Source of the DNA: a bacterium
Lineage (GTDB): Bacteria; Electryoneota; JAOADG01
Length of the DNA: 64,000 nucleotides
Direction of reading: 5' to 3'
NCBI GenBank assembly: GCA_963681965.1
Contig: OY820579.1
Coordinates: 64,001 to 128,000, forward strand
In this document: piece after piece, positions 36,768 through 47,684 of the stretch
Position numbering within the stretch: the stretch's first letter is position 1
Layout: each line of letters starts with the position of its first letter
Notes under the pieces: generated by a model
What the model saw: only the letters and a program-made list of their open reading frames with translations
What the model was told of the DNA's origin: nothing
The model's database searches: none
Position numbers and translations under genes: made by a program

Positions 36768-39332
36768 TTGGTTTCGAATCGAGTTGTAGTGAGCAAAGGA
36801 CCAATTCACAGTCTAATCGTGTCGAACGATCCCTCACGCTGGGAAGAATTAATTCTTGCCGCGGGAATCGATTCTGTTTTGACTCCGATTGCGCCCGATC
36901 CCGAATTGGTACTGCAGGAAATCACAATTGGATTCTATCCATTAGTGATTCTAGCTCCCGATTCGTGTGTCTTCGACCAAACATTTTACGATCAAGCAGC
37001 TCATTTAATTCCCGGATCGAGTTTTCTGATTGCGACTACTACCGAATGCAATTACGACTCGATTCGATTTAGCGATCAAATTTCGGTTCGGTGTGTCGAT
37101 ATTAATTCTCCCATTGAATTCTGGACAACGACGATTCTTCAAGCGGTTGAACAGTGGCACGAGCGGAGTGCCACTCACGACGAAGCGGCAGTGGTTGAAC
37201 GTTTATCCGGGTTCTATCACACATTGCTGGAAGGGATTCCCCAAGGCATCGCGATATTCAATAATTCCTGCCGCTTGATTGTGTGCAATCGCGTTTTCGA
37301 GACAACAATCGGTCGATCCAAACTCGAATTGTTAAATCACACCTGCGCCGACATCTGTAGTTCGATTTGCACCGACCAATCGAGCTGTATCGTCGAACAG
37401 ACACTTCATTTCGGCGAGCAACAACGCTTGGTCATTCAGATACCCAATTCCGCCGGTGACCCGAGAACAATAGAATTTCGCACAGAACGATTATTGTCCA
37501 GCGATCAGAAGCCACTGGTATTGTTACTCAGCACCGATGTATCGAAGCGAATCGAATTAGAATCTCGATTATCGCAACAAAACGATTTTCTGGAACGACT
37601 GCTTTATCAAGCACCGATTGGCATCATCGTCACCAATTCCGATTTCATCATTCAGATGCACAACAATCGATTTTCCGATCGCATTAAACCGGAATTCGGG
37701 ATTCAGACCGGGCAATCGCTACGATTTCATCCGCTCAATGCAAACAACCGGTTGATCGAATATCTCGAATTCGCGTTATCGCATACCGAAACTCTGAAAC
37801 CGATTCAAATATGGGTTGAAGGAAAAAAAGAGAATCTGTATTTATCGCTCAGCGCGGGTACCGTACACGATTCGATGAATCGACCGGAAGGTTTGATCAT
37901 TACCATCGAAGATGTTACCGAAGAGTATAAACTGTTGCAGGAAATTGCGACGAAAGAAGAAGATCGCGGTCGCCGGATTTCCGAGTTGCAGATGCTCGGC
38001 GAAGTGAGTCGCGCGCTACATTCGGCAAAAGATCTCGACGAAGTACTTTATCTAATTCTGGTTGCTGTGACTTCCGATATGGGTATCGGCTTTAACCGCG
38101 CGTTCTTTTTACTGCTCGACCCGAGCACATCCGAATTGACTGGTCAATTAGCAATCGGTCCGGGCAGTTCGGACGAAGCCGGCAAGATCTGGAGCGATCT
38201 CGGCAATAAGAAATTAACGCTTCAGGAACTTTTCGCCGATTGGCGCGGTCAAATAGGATCGAATCGTGCCGTCAACGAGATGGTAAATCGATTGAAGATT
38301 TCGTTGAAAGTGGGTGAGTCGCAGATCTCGAAGGTGGTCTCGGAAAAGAAAGCCGCTATCCTTCGCCGAAGCGATTCCACTGACGATGCTATCTGGAATG
38401 TGCTCAACTGCGACGAATGCGCAGTGGTTCCACTCAATTCGAAAGAGCGAGCGGAAGGTGTACTGCTGGTCGATAACGCGATCAATCGAAATATGATCGT
38501 CGAACAACAATTAGATCAATTGGAACGATTTACCGATATTGCTGCTACCGCGGTGTTGCATGCTCGATGGTATAAGCAGTTGGAACAACGGCTACGCGAT
38601 CTTCGCAGCGCCAACACCGAATTACGGGAAAATCGCGATAAATTGATTCGAAGCGAGCGATTAATCGCTATTGGTGAGATTGCCGCCACAGTCGCACATG
38701 AAATCCGGAACCCGATGGCAGCAATTGGCGGATTGGCTCGATTAATTCAATCGGAACTCCCTCCGGAGAACTCGCTTCAGACTTATTTAACAACCATCGT
38801 TGATGAAATTCATCGGTTAGAACGTATTGTTAATGACACACTTGACTTTGTAAAACCGTGGCGCTCGAAATTTGCCATGACGCAACTCCCGGAAATTGTT
38901 AGTAAAACGCTAAAATTACTAGCAGCGGAGCTGGATAATGAACAATATTATATCCAGACGTATTTCGATCCGGGTGCCGAGTGGGTCGTACTCGATATTG
39001 ATCAAATTCATCAAGTGATTTACAATTTGATCAAAAATGCTATTCATGCGATGCCGGAAGGGGGCATCATTGTAGTCACGACGAAACGTACCGAGATTGA
39101 AATCGAACTCGATGTCCGGGATTACGGTAAAGGGATCTCGCAAGAGGTTTCGGATCGGATTTTCGATCCCTTTTTTACCACGAAAGCCACAGGGTCGGGT
39201 ATCGGATTATCGGTCAGTCGTCAGATCATGAAACAGCATGGCGGTCAATTAGCCCATATTCCAGTCGAAGGACCAGGCGCCATGTTCCGGTTAACATTTC
39301 CCATACCGGATAAGGAGAGTCACCATGATTAA
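36768..39332 (+). CDS. PAS/PAS/GAF sensor histidine kinase
   Basis: Two PAS-like regions, GAF with GIGFNRAF, AHEIRNP H-box, NLIKNA, DYGKG, FFTTK, GIGL. Confidence 0.92.
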   Translation: MVSNRVVVSKGPIHSLIVSNDPSRWEELILAAGIDSVLTPIAPDPELVLQEITIGFYPLVILAPDSCVFDQTFYDQAAHLIPGSSFLIATTTECNYDSIRFSDQISVRCVDINSPIEFWTTTILQAVEQWHERSATHDEAAVVERLSGFYHTLLEGIPQGIAIFNNSCRLIVCNRVFETTIGRSKLELLNHTCADICSSICTDQSSCIVEQTLHFGEQQRLVIQIPNSAGDPRTIEFRTERLLSSDQKPLVLLLSTDVSKRIELESRLSQQNDFLERLLYQAPIGIIVTNSDFIIQMHNNRFSDRIKPEFGIQTGQSLRFHPLNANNRLIEYLEFALSHTETLKPIQIWVEGKKENLYLSLSAGTVHDSMNRPEGLIITIEDVTEEYKLLQEIATKEEDRGRRISELQMLGEVSRALHSAKDLDEVLYLILVAVTSDMGIGFNRAFFLLLDPSTSELTGQLAIGPGSSDEAGKIWSDLGNKKLTLQELFADWRGQIGSNRAVNEMVNRLKISLKVGESQISKVVSEKKAAILRRSDSTDDAIWNVLNCDECAVVPLNSKERAEGVLLVDNAINRNMIVEQQLDQLERFTDIAATAVLHARWYKQLEQRLRDLRSANTELRENRDKLIRSERLIAIGEIAATVAHEIRNPMAAIGGLARLIQSELPPENSLQTYLTTIVDEIHRLERIVNDTLDFVKPWRSKFAMTQLPEIVSKTLKLLAAELDNEQYYIQTYFDPGAEWVVLDIDQIHQVIYNLIKNAIHAMPEGGIIVVTTKRTEIEIELDVRDYGKGISQEVSDRIFDPFFTTKATGSGIGLSVSRQIMKQHGGQLAHIPVEGPGAMFRLTFPIPDKESHHD

Positions 39333-39705
39333 GAGGGTATTAGTTGCCGAAGACGAAGCGGCATTGCGAATGCTATACGAACACGCATTCCGCAAGGCGG
39401 GTTTCGAACCGGTTATCGTCGGCTCGGCGAAAGAAGCGGTCGATAAAGCACATGAAGAGAATTTCGGTTGCATCGTACTCGATATAAAAATGCCGGGGAT
39501 GGACGGTATTGAAGGGATGCAACGGATCCTCGTCGGTGGAAAACGGTGTCCCATTGTCCTGAATACTGCCTATACATCTTACAAAGATAATTTTTTGACT
39601 TGGTCGGCTGATGCTTACGTGATCAAATCATCCGACACGCAACCACTGATTGACATCGTTGCCAAGCTAATGGACAAAAGCGGTGAACCAGAATCCCAGC
39701 GATAA
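39325..39705 (+). CDS. Single-domain response regulator
   Basis: VLVAEDE, LDIKMPGMDG, NTAY, ADAYVIKS; overlaps the kinase stop. Confidence 0.92.
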   Translation: MIKRVLVAEDEAALRMLYEHAFRKAGFEPVIVGSAKEAVDKAHEENFGCIVLDIKMPGMDGIEGMQRILVGGKRCPIVLNTAYTSYKDNFLTWSADAYVIKSSDTQPLIDIVAKLMDKSGEPESQR

Positions 39706-40024
39706 CTCGCGTATACGAGCCAAATTACGAATAATCGGCAACATATAATCTACTCCACGAGTAAATCTTACTCGTGGAAATCGCGTTTTGTTTCTGATCA
39801 AAACCGATGTCTCAATTAATAATTAATCCAATAATTACCATATAGATACGCCACATTATTTTTATCTATCCAAACAACTTCAATTTCAATTCCCGCGATC
39901 AAGCATAAACTTGTCCATCTGCGACAAAATTTCATTGCCTGAGCAGTAATAATACTGTATTATCCTAATGATTTAGTCGGTTTTCGATTCAAATTGATTC
40001 TTGTTGTATGTGATGGAGGATTCT

Positions 40025-43000
40025 ATGTGTAAGCGATCTTTTGGGTTATGGTGTGTGCTCTTTCTTCTGGCATCATTCCTTCCTGTTTGTGCATTTGCGC
40101 AAACGATAACTGTTACCAATCCCGAAGCCGGGGCAACTTGGGCGATCGGAACCACGCAAGTAATTCATTATACCGTTTCCGGTGCGACGACTGGATCATT
40201 ATCGATCGAGATCAATCGTAGTTTCCCGCTGGATTCCGGATGGGTTCGGATCGGTGAAGCGCGTGTTCCGAGCGAGAATTTTACCTGGACAGTGACTGGA
40301 CCGGTGAATCATACGAGCCGTATTCGCGTCGTCCTCGTCAATACGACTGTTGTCGGTTTATCTCCGGGTAACTTCTCAATTACCGAGTCGCCGACGAATC
40401 CGACTTTGACGATCACTGCGCCGGTTGGTGGCGAACGTTGGGCAATTGGTACTACACAACGAATCGGTTGGCGTGCGACCAATCTAACCGGAAATGTAAC
40501 GATTCGCATGTTGCGACTAAATGGAACCGATACGCTTTGGACGGAACTTGGTCACGCGGTTTTGCCATCGGATGGTTTTAATTGGGTCGTGGCTGGACCA
40601 GCCAGCGAGCGCGCGCGCATCTATCTGACAGCCGGAAACCTCACTGCAGTTTCGAACCTCTTTGCAATTGTGTCAAATGCTTTGCCATCGATAACAGTGA
40701 ATGCACCAAATGGCGGCGAGCGATGGTTGGTTGGCAGTACACAGCGCATCACTTGGACAGCGGTAAATTTAACAGGATCGGTTCTGATCGAGTTGAATCG
40801 GAGTTTTCCGGGTGACAGCATGTGGACTACTATCGGTCAGGCAACCCTACCGAGTGACGGCTTCTCGTGGGTGGTTACCGGTCCGATCACGACCACAGCC
40901 CGAATCCGGGTTCGAGTAGCAAATTCCTCGGCAAGCTATAGTGACATCTCGAATGAAAATTTTGCCATATATACTGAAAATCCGGCTCCCGTAGTTCGTG
41001 TGACTTCGCCCAATGGAGGTGAACGGTGGGCGATCGGTAGTACTCAACATATTACTTGGACTGCTCCGAATATGACGGGTACTGCAATTATTCGATTACT
41101 TCGATTCAATGGTACCGATTCGCTATGGACCGAACTCGGTCGAGTTACTCTTCCGTCCGAAGGGTTTGCATGGATAGTAACAGGACCGGCGTCGGAACGG
41201 GCGCTTATATCTGTAACGGTGGGTAACGTAAGCGATGTTTCCGATGGTACATTCTCAATCGTTTCAGTGGCTTTTCCAAGCATTACAGTCAATGCACCGA
41301 ACGGTGGTGAGCGCTGGTTGGTTGGCAGTACGCAACGCATCAGTTTTACCGCGGTCAATCTGACTGGTCTGGTTCAAATTGAATTGAATCGCAACTTCCC
41401 CAACGACAGTATGTGGGTACCATTAGGTCACGTTGCACTCCCGAGTGACGGCTTTTCTTGGGTTGTTACCGACCCAGTAACGACAACCGCTCGCATTCGG
41501 GTTCGCTCGCTCAATACTTCAGCGATTTACAGCGATATTTCGAATGAAAATTTCGCGATCTATACCGAAGAACCACCACCACAATTGATCACGGTCATTT
41601 CACCAAATGGCGGTGAACGCTGGCAGGTAGGAAGTACACAACAGATCACGTGGTCAACGCGTAATTACACAGGTCCCATCACGATCTTACTGAATCGGAA
41701 TTTCCCCGGCGATAGCAACTGGATCACGATTGGACAGATTACTGGAAACGTTCAAAGCTTTTCCTGGACGGTAACCGATCCGATCAGTGAACGTTGCCGC
41801 ATCAGATTAGTTTCTCCGACACTTCCCCCATTTCCGGTGGAAGACATCTCCAATGCGAATTTCTCAATCGTGGCACCTGAAACCACTGGGATGACAATTT
41901 TAAGCCCCAATGGTGGTGAGCGATGGGCAATCGGAACAACTCAGTGTGTCACCTGGGTCTCGCGCAATTACGGTGGCGCGGTCACTATCGAATTGAATCG
42001 GAATTTCCCAAGTGACAGTATGTGGGAAGTTATCGGTCAGGTTAATACCGCGACAATTGGGAGATTTGAATGGATCGTCACCGGTCATGTCAGTGAGCAG
42101 TGTCGCATTCGATTGACAACTCCGGTTGTTCCACCCTTTGCCGTAGACGACATTTCCGATCACAATTTCGCAATAGTCAATGGAGATGTACATCCATCGA
42201 TCGTAGTAGGCGCCCCGAATGGCGGCGAGCGGTGGATCATCGGCTCGAGTCAACGGATTAGCTGGCGAGCCACCGGATTAGTCGGGGATGTTTCGATTCA
42301 AATCAATCGACATTTCCCGTTGGATTCGATGTGGGAATTCATCGGTACTGCTACTTTACCGAGTGACGGTTTCACTTGGATTGTATCGGGACCGGTAACG
42401 AGCACAGCCCGAATTATGGTTCGGGCAATGAATTACAACGTCGATTATAGCGATATTTCGAACGAGAATTTCGGAATTGCCGAAAACAATCCCACACCCA
42501 TCACGGTCTTGACACCAAATGGTGGCGAGGTTTGGAATGTCGGTACCGAACAGCGAATTACTTACACTACCGCTAATCTCTCGGGCAGTGTAACAATCCA
42601 ATTAAATCGCAACTTCCCATCTGAAACCGACTGGGAGACATTGGGACAATCAACGATCGAACGCGGAGTGTACGTTTGGCGCGTAATTGGACCGGTGAGT
42701 CGTACTTGCCGCATCAGAGTGATGAATACTGTTGGGCACGATATTTCGGATAATAATTTCGGAATCGTCGAAGAGATTCCCAGCATTGTCGTTACAGCTC
42801 CAAACGGTGGCGAGCGCTGGCAAATTGGATCATCCCAACGGATTTCCTGGCATGCTTCCGCAGGACTTGTCGGGGGTGTCTCTATTCAACTGAGTCGACA
42901 TTTTCCATCCGATTCCGTCTGGGAAATTCTTGGAACAACACCCTCAGGCGACGGATTTACCTGGGTTGTTACCGGACCGGTGACCACGACGGCACGTATT

Positions 43001-44026
43001 CGGGTTCGGGCAATGAACTATAATGTCGATTATTTCGATATCTCCAATGAGAATTTCTCGATTATTTCTGCCGATACGACACGCATGCGCGTTGTACGAC
43101 CGAATGGATATGAAGTCTGGACGATCGGTTCGGATCAACGAATAACCTGGGCATCGCATCTAACCGCTGGTACGGCAGTAATCTCTTTGAATCGGAATTT
43201 CCCGGGCGATTCAGGCTGGGTGATTTTGGGACATGCCGTTTTACCGAGCGATGGATTCACTTGGCACGTAACTGGTCCCATCACCGAACGTGCTCGAATT
43301 CGAGTGATGGTTGAGCGGATTGGCGATGTTTCCGACGCCAATTTCCGGATTGTAGAAAGTCATCCGGTACCCGGACCGCGAATTGTGGTTACCTCTCCGG
43401 CTGGTGGCGATGCATGGGCAATCGGATCGCAACACGCGATCACATGGCAAACTGAAGGAGTTACCGGTGATGTGGTTGTCCAACTCAATCGCTCAGTCGA
43501 GTTACCGAGATTGGGAAGCAGTGGCATCGCCAGTACTGGTAATCCCAGTTCCAATCCACCTTCCCCCAATCCAGTTGCCGGGTGGGAAACCATCGGTACG
43601 GCAGCAGTGACTGCCCATCAGATGAATTGGGAAGTCACCGGACCGATCAGCACCACATGTATGATCCGAATTCTGTCTCGCACCAATTCGACTACGATTA
43701 GTGGTATGACTGTCGATAATTTCTCGATCGTGGGATCTCGTCCGATCGATGCACCGATCGTCGACAATGGCGATGCGATATCGATTCATCCCAATCCGTT
43801 CAACGCTTCAACGACCATCAGCTATACGCTTTTGACATCGGGAAGCGTTCGACTAGCGGTTTTCGATATCATGGGTCATGAAGTTGCGACCTTCGCCAAC
43901 GGAATTCAGGAATCAGGCATTCATTCGGTCAATTTCAACGGTTCGCATTTACCCAGTGGAATGTATTTTGTTTCACTGCGAGCCGCTAATCAGAATACTA
44001 TCAAGAAAGTCTATTTACTGAAGTAA
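40025..44026 (+). CDS. Secreted protein with 12 tandem ~100-aa Ig-like (PNGGE-x-W) repeats and T9SS/FlgD-like C-terminal domain
   Basis: Signal peptide; 12 units beginning (V/I)xxPxGGExWxxG; C-terminal HPNPFNASTTISY..SGMYF..KKVYLLK. RBS GGAGG precedes ATG 40025. Confidence 0.9.
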   Translation: MCKRSFGLWCVLFLLASFLPVCAFAQTITVTNPEAGATWAIGTTQVIHYTVSGATTGSLSIEINRSFPLDSGWVRIGEARVPSENFTWTVTGPVNHTSRIRVVLVNTTVVGLSPGNFSITESPTNPTLTITAPVGGERWAIGTTQRIGWRATNLTGNVTIRMLRLNGTDTLWTELGHAVLPSDGFNWVVAGPASERARIYLTAGNLTAVSNLFAIVSNALPSITVNAPNGGERWLVGSTQRITWTAVNLTGSVLIELNRSFPGDSMWTTIGQATLPSDGFSWVVTGPITTTARIRVRVANSSASYSDISNENFAIYTENPAPVVRVTSPNGGERWAIGSTQHITWTAPNMTGTAIIRLLRFNGTDSLWTELGRVTLPSEGFAWIVTGPASERALISVTVGNVSDVSDGTFSIVSVAFPSITVNAPNGGERWLVGSTQRISFTAVNLTGLVQIELNRNFPNDSMWVPLGHVALPSDGFSWVVTDPVTTTARIRVRSLNTSAIYSDISNENFAIYTEEPPPQLITVISPNGGERWQVGSTQQITWSTRNYTGPITILLNRNFPGDSNWITIGQITGNVQSFSWTVTDPISERCRIRLVSPTLPPFPVEDISNANFSIVAPETTGMTILSPNGGERWAIGTTQCVTWVSRNYGGAVTIELNRNFPSDSMWEVIGQVNTATIGRFEWIVTGHVSEQCRIRLTTPVVPPFAVDDISDHNFAIVNGDVHPSIVVGAPNGGERWIIGSSQRISWRATGLVGDVSIQINRHFPLDSMWEFIGTATLPSDGFTWIVSGPVTSTARIMVRAMNYNVDYSDISNENFGIAENNPTPITVLTPNGGEVWNVGTEQRITYTTANLSGSVTIQLNRNFPSETDWETLGQSTIERGVYVWRVIGPVSRTCRIRVMNTVGHDISDNNFGIVEEIPSIVVTAPNGGERWQIGSSQRISWHASAGLVGGVSIQLSRHFPSDSVWEILGTTPSGDGFTWVVTGPVTTTARIRVRAMNYNVDYFDISNENFSIISADTTRMRVVRPNGYEVWTIGSDQRITWASHLTAGTAVISLNRNFPGDSGWVILGHAVLPSDGFTWHVTGPITERARIRVMVERIGDVSDANFRIVESHPVPGPRIVVTSPAGGDAWAIGSQHAITWQTEGVTGDVVVQLNRSVELPRLGSSGIASTGNPSSNPPSPNPVAGWETIGTAAVTAHQMNWEVTGPISTTCMIRILSRTNSTTISGMTVDNFSIVGSRPIDAPIVDNGDAISIHPNPFNASTTISYTLLTSGSVRLAVFDIMGHEVATFANGIQESGIHSVNFNGSHLPSGMYFVSLRAANQNTIKKVYLLK

Positions 44027-44048
44027 CGGTCTCTTCAATCTAAACTAA

Positions 44049-44074
44049 CAGAGGCGGGCATTTGCCCGCCTTTG
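44049..44074 (+). terminator. Terminator-like hairpin
   Basis: AGAGGCGGGCA-TT-TGCCCGCCTTTG. Confidence 0.7.
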
Positions 44075-44138
44075 CTGTTTCTATCCGCACGCTAACAACG
44101 ATATTCTATGCTTCACCAACAAGACCAAAATAAAACAT

Positions 44139-44445
44139 CTGCGGGCGGGCATGGGAGCCCGCCCCTACTTCAGATAACAACTCCGATTCAAGAGATACTA
44201 TATTTTCTACTCGGCTTTGCCGAACGTGTACAGACCAGCGTGTTCATACCAACATTAGAGATCTGCAGGCGGGCATGGGAACCCGCCCCTACTTCAGATA
44301 ACAACTCCGATTCAAGAGATACTATATTTTCTACTCGGCTTTGCCGAACGTGTACAGACAGGAGTGTTTGTACCTTCAAATACCTGCGGGCGGGCGTGGG
44401 AGCCCGCCCCTACTTCAGATAACAACTCCGATTCAAGATATACTA
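44139..44445. repeat. Tandem array (about 2.5 units, period 121-124 bp) of REP-containing modules, copy E
   Basis: CTGC(G/A)GGCGGGC(A/G)TGGGA(G/A)CCCGCCCCTACTTCAGATAACAACTCCGATTCAAGA at 44139, 44263 and 44384, separated by type-2 REP modules. Confidence 0.9.
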
Positions 44446-44453
44446 TATATCAA

Positions 44454-47400
44454 TCAAGAATTTGGTGTTACGTTTCCAGCCACCGAAGTGACCATCGATT
44501 CGATCGTAGTATCGGAGATATGGACTTTCTGCTTTGTCTTTGCAAAGCGATCCATAAAGGAGTACATCACCGGAACAAGTACAAGGGTTAATACTAACGA
44601 TGAAAGTAGACCTCCGATAATTACCACGCCCATACCGGCACGCATCTCGGCACCTTCACCCAAAGCAATCGCCAGCGGTAACATACCGATGATCATAGTC
44701 GAAGTAGTCATTAAAATCGGTCGCAACCGCAATGGACCAGCAGTCAAGAGCGATTCTTTCATCGACATTCCGGTGTCCCGCAACTGGATTGTGAAATCCA
44801 CCAGCAGAATTCCGTTTTTCGTCACCAATCCGATTAGAATCAGAATACCGATCATCGAGAACATCGACAAAGTATACCCGGTTAGCGCCAAACCAAATAG
44901 CGCACCGATCATTGCCACTGGCACGGAAAACATAACGGTAAAGGGGTGGATATAACTTTCATACAGCGTCACAAGAATCATGTAGACAAATAGAATCGAG
45001 AGCATGATTGCCTGCATCATGTCGGTCATCATTGTCCGCATATTCTCGACATCGCCAAAAGCGTAGAACGAAACACCTTGCGGTGGTTTGTATTGTGCAA
45101 TTTCCCGGTCGAATGCGCCTTGCACTTCCGATAGAGAGTGACCCATGATATTCGAGGAAACCGTTACATAACGCTCGCGGTCTTTCCGGGATATTCCGGA
45201 AGGTCCACTATTACGTTCAATGTTGGCGACTTCGGATAATTTCACCATTTGACCGATGTGATTCTTGATTTCAATCTGTCCGATCAATGATGGATCGTTA
45301 CGATATCGTGGAATCAGAATCGAGCGCATGTCGACTTCGATTTCACCGGTTCGGAATCGGGTTAACTCGGCGCCATTGATAGCATTACGCAATGCAATTG
45401 CGACTTCACCCGGTGTCAGGAAGCTATTGGCGGCTTTCTCGCGATCCACGATAATTTGCAATTCCGGCGATCCGAGATCGTAGGACGATTTGACATCGCG
45501 TGTTCCGGGGATCTTTCGCATGACGCTCAATACATGCTGAACTGCAACTTGTACCGAGTCGAGATCCTGTCCGCGGACTTCATACTGAATCGGTGCGTCA
45601 TCGGCATTACCGAATAGTCCGATTTCATTGATTTGCACTTCCATTCCGGGAATCTGCTCGATATAGCGCCGGATCTCGTTTTGAATGACAATCGTCGGTC
45701 GATTACGCTCTTTTCGTTTCACCAATTTGACTTGAATATTTCCGAGACGCGAATTTTCTTCCAACCCCATTCCCGATTCTTGTTGTCCGATCACCGAAAA
45801 GACCTGTTTCACTTCCGGGATCTGGAGAACGAAATTCTCGATACGCGCCATGACAGCACTATTTTCGGTTAATGGAGTACCTAGCGGCATCTTCGTGAAT
45901 ACCGCAAATTCGCCGCGGTCGGTTTTCGGAATAAAATCGGCGCCCACAAATCCCAATGGAACGAGGGCAATCGAAAGCAACATCAATCCCGATATAATCA
46001 GGATCACCCGGATTCGATGATTCAACGCCCAAACCAAGATTCTTCGATAGAAGTTTTCCAATACATGGAATTTCTCCTCGAACCAAGATCCGAACCGCCG
46101 CATCCACTTCTCACCCTCGACATTCTCGCTAGAATTCAACCGACTGGCAAGTAAAGGGGTGACAGTAAATGAAACCAACAGCGACATTAACACTGCCGAT
46201 ACAAATACCCCGGAAAATTCCCGGAAGATATTTCCGACCAAGCCGCCGAGGAACGCTACTGGCAAGAAGGTAACCACGTCGACCAGCGTGATCGAAACGG
46301 CAGCCAAGCCGATTTCGTTTCGACCTTTCACTGCGGCAGTAACCGGATCTGCACCTTTCTTCATCCACCGATGAATATTTTCCAAGACGACAATCGAATC
46401 GTCGACCAACACACCGATGACCATACCGAGCGCCATCATCGTCATCAAATTGATCGAGAAATTGAATGCCGCCATCGCAATAAAGGTCGAGACGATAGAA
46501 AGAGGGATTGCCACCAATACAATTAATGAGTTTCGCGCCGAATGCAAAAAGATCATTAAAATCAAGGCAACAGTGATTAGCGCTTCAACGATATTCTTTT
46601 GAACTTCGGCAATCGAAGATTTATTGAATACAGTGATATCCTGCGCAATTTCGAATTTCACCAGACCTTTGTACTCTTTTTCCAGCTTTTTCAATTCGCT
46701 TTGAACTTGAGCTGACGTCTTGACACTGTTGGCTTGTGCCTGTTTGACAATCTGCATTCCCAACGATTGATTTTTATTTAAGCGAGCAATCGATCGATCG
46801 GATTTAATCGTATCGCTAACAACCGCAACATCGCGCAGAAAAATTGCCCCACCGTTGCGAAGACCAATTCTGGTACGCTCGATTTCAGCAAGCGTCTTGA
46901 ACTTACCCGCAACGCGAACGATGAAGTCCTGCGATTTTCCATAGACTTTTCCCGCAGGAATATCAAGATTTTCGGCTGCCAAAACTTGATTGACATCATC
47001 GAGCGACAAACCATGCGTTTTCAGTTTATCGGGATCGATTGCGATTTGAATTTCCCGGGTCTCCGCACCTGACATGGTTACTTGCCCGACACCGGGAATC
47101 TGCTCAAGACGCGGGCGAATTTTTTTATCGACAAACGTGAATAGATCGGCATTCGATAGATCGCTGCTCACCGCCAACCGCAAGATTGGCAATGCGCCAA
47201 TATCCGATTTATATAATTGGGGTTCTTTGGAGTCGACTGGTAAATTTGCCCGGGTCGCATTTACCACACGTTGCGTTTCCTGCAATGCGATATCGCCGTT
47301 GGCAGACATATCGAATTCAAGAACGACCACCGAAACATTTTCCCGATTGAATGTTCGGATGTGTTTCAATTTATTCAGCGAGACCACGGCATCTTCGATT

Positions 47401-47597
47401 GGCTTCGAAACCATTGTTTCGACTTCTCGCGGTCCCGAACCTGGCCAAATCGTCACAATCGAGACCCACGGCCAGTTCATGGATGGCAGTAGATCTACTG
47501 CCAGGCGCTGATAGGATATTAGACCCAAGACAGCGATCGCGAGGAAGAACATCACCACCGCTGCTGGTCGTTTTATTGCTAATTCAGTCAATGTCAT
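44454..47597 (-). CDS. RND efflux permease (AcrB/AcrD/AcrF family)
   Basis: AIKRP, GVLVDDSIVVLENI, KNGILLVD, RLRPILMT; 1047 aa. Confidence 0.96.
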   Translation of the reverse strand: MTLTELAIKRPAAVVMFFLAIAVLGLISYQRLAVDLLPSMNWPWVSIVTIWPGSGPREVETMVSKPIEDAVVSLNKLKHIRTFNRENVSVVVLEFDMSANGDIALQETQRVVNATRANLPVDSKEPQLYKSDIGALPILRLAVSSDLSNADLFTFVDKKIRPRLEQIPGVGQVTMSGAETREIQIAIDPDKLKTHGLSLDDVNQVLAAENLDIPAGKVYGKSQDFIVRVAGKFKTLAEIERTRIGLRNGGAIFLRDVAVVSDTIKSDRSIARLNKNQSLGMQIVKQAQANSVKTSAQVQSELKKLEKEYKGLVKFEIAQDITVFNKSSIAEVQKNIVEALITVALILMIFLHSARNSLIVLVAIPLSIVSTFIAMAAFNFSINLMTMMALGMVIGVLVDDSIVVLENIHRWMKKGADPVTAAVKGRNEIGLAAVSITLVDVVTFLPVAFLGGLVGNIFREFSGVFVSAVLMSLLVSFTVTPLLASRLNSSENVEGEKWMRRFGSWFEEKFHVLENFYRRILVWALNHRIRVILIISGLMLLSIALVPLGFVGADFIPKTDRGEFAVFTKMPLGTPLTENSAVMARIENFVLQIPEVKQVFSVIGQQESGMGLEENSRLGNIQVKLVKRKERNRPTIVIQNEIRRYIEQIPGMEVQINEIGLFGNADDAPIQYEVRGQDLDSVQVAVQHVLSVMRKIPGTRDVKSSYDLGSPELQIIVDREKAANSFLTPGEVAIALRNAINGAELTRFRTGEIEVDMRSILIPRYRNDPSLIGQIEIKNHIGQMVKLSEVANIERNSGPSGISRKDRERYVTVSSNIMGHSLSEVQGAFDREIAQYKPPQGVSFYAFGDVENMRTMMTDMMQAIMLSILFVYMILVTLYESYIHPFTVMFSVPVAMIGALFGLALTGYTLSMFSMIGILILIGLVTKNGILLVDFTIQLRDTGMSMKESLLTAGPLRLRPILMTTSTMIIGMLPLAIALGEGAEMRAGMGVVIIGGLLSSLVLTLVLVPVMYSFMDRFAKTKQKVHISDTTIESMVTSVAGNVTPNS

Positions 47598-47684
47598 TTC
47601 AATTCCCCTTCGGGAAGTGGTTCTATTCTGTGCGAGTCGATTCGATCAACTCAAAATTCTTTACTAATCAGTCGATTGGTGGAA

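Noticed and set aside
44139-44445. CRISPR array
   Set aside because: The intervening sequences are themselves repeated, the period is about 122 bp, and there are no cas genes; it is a REP-type tandem array.
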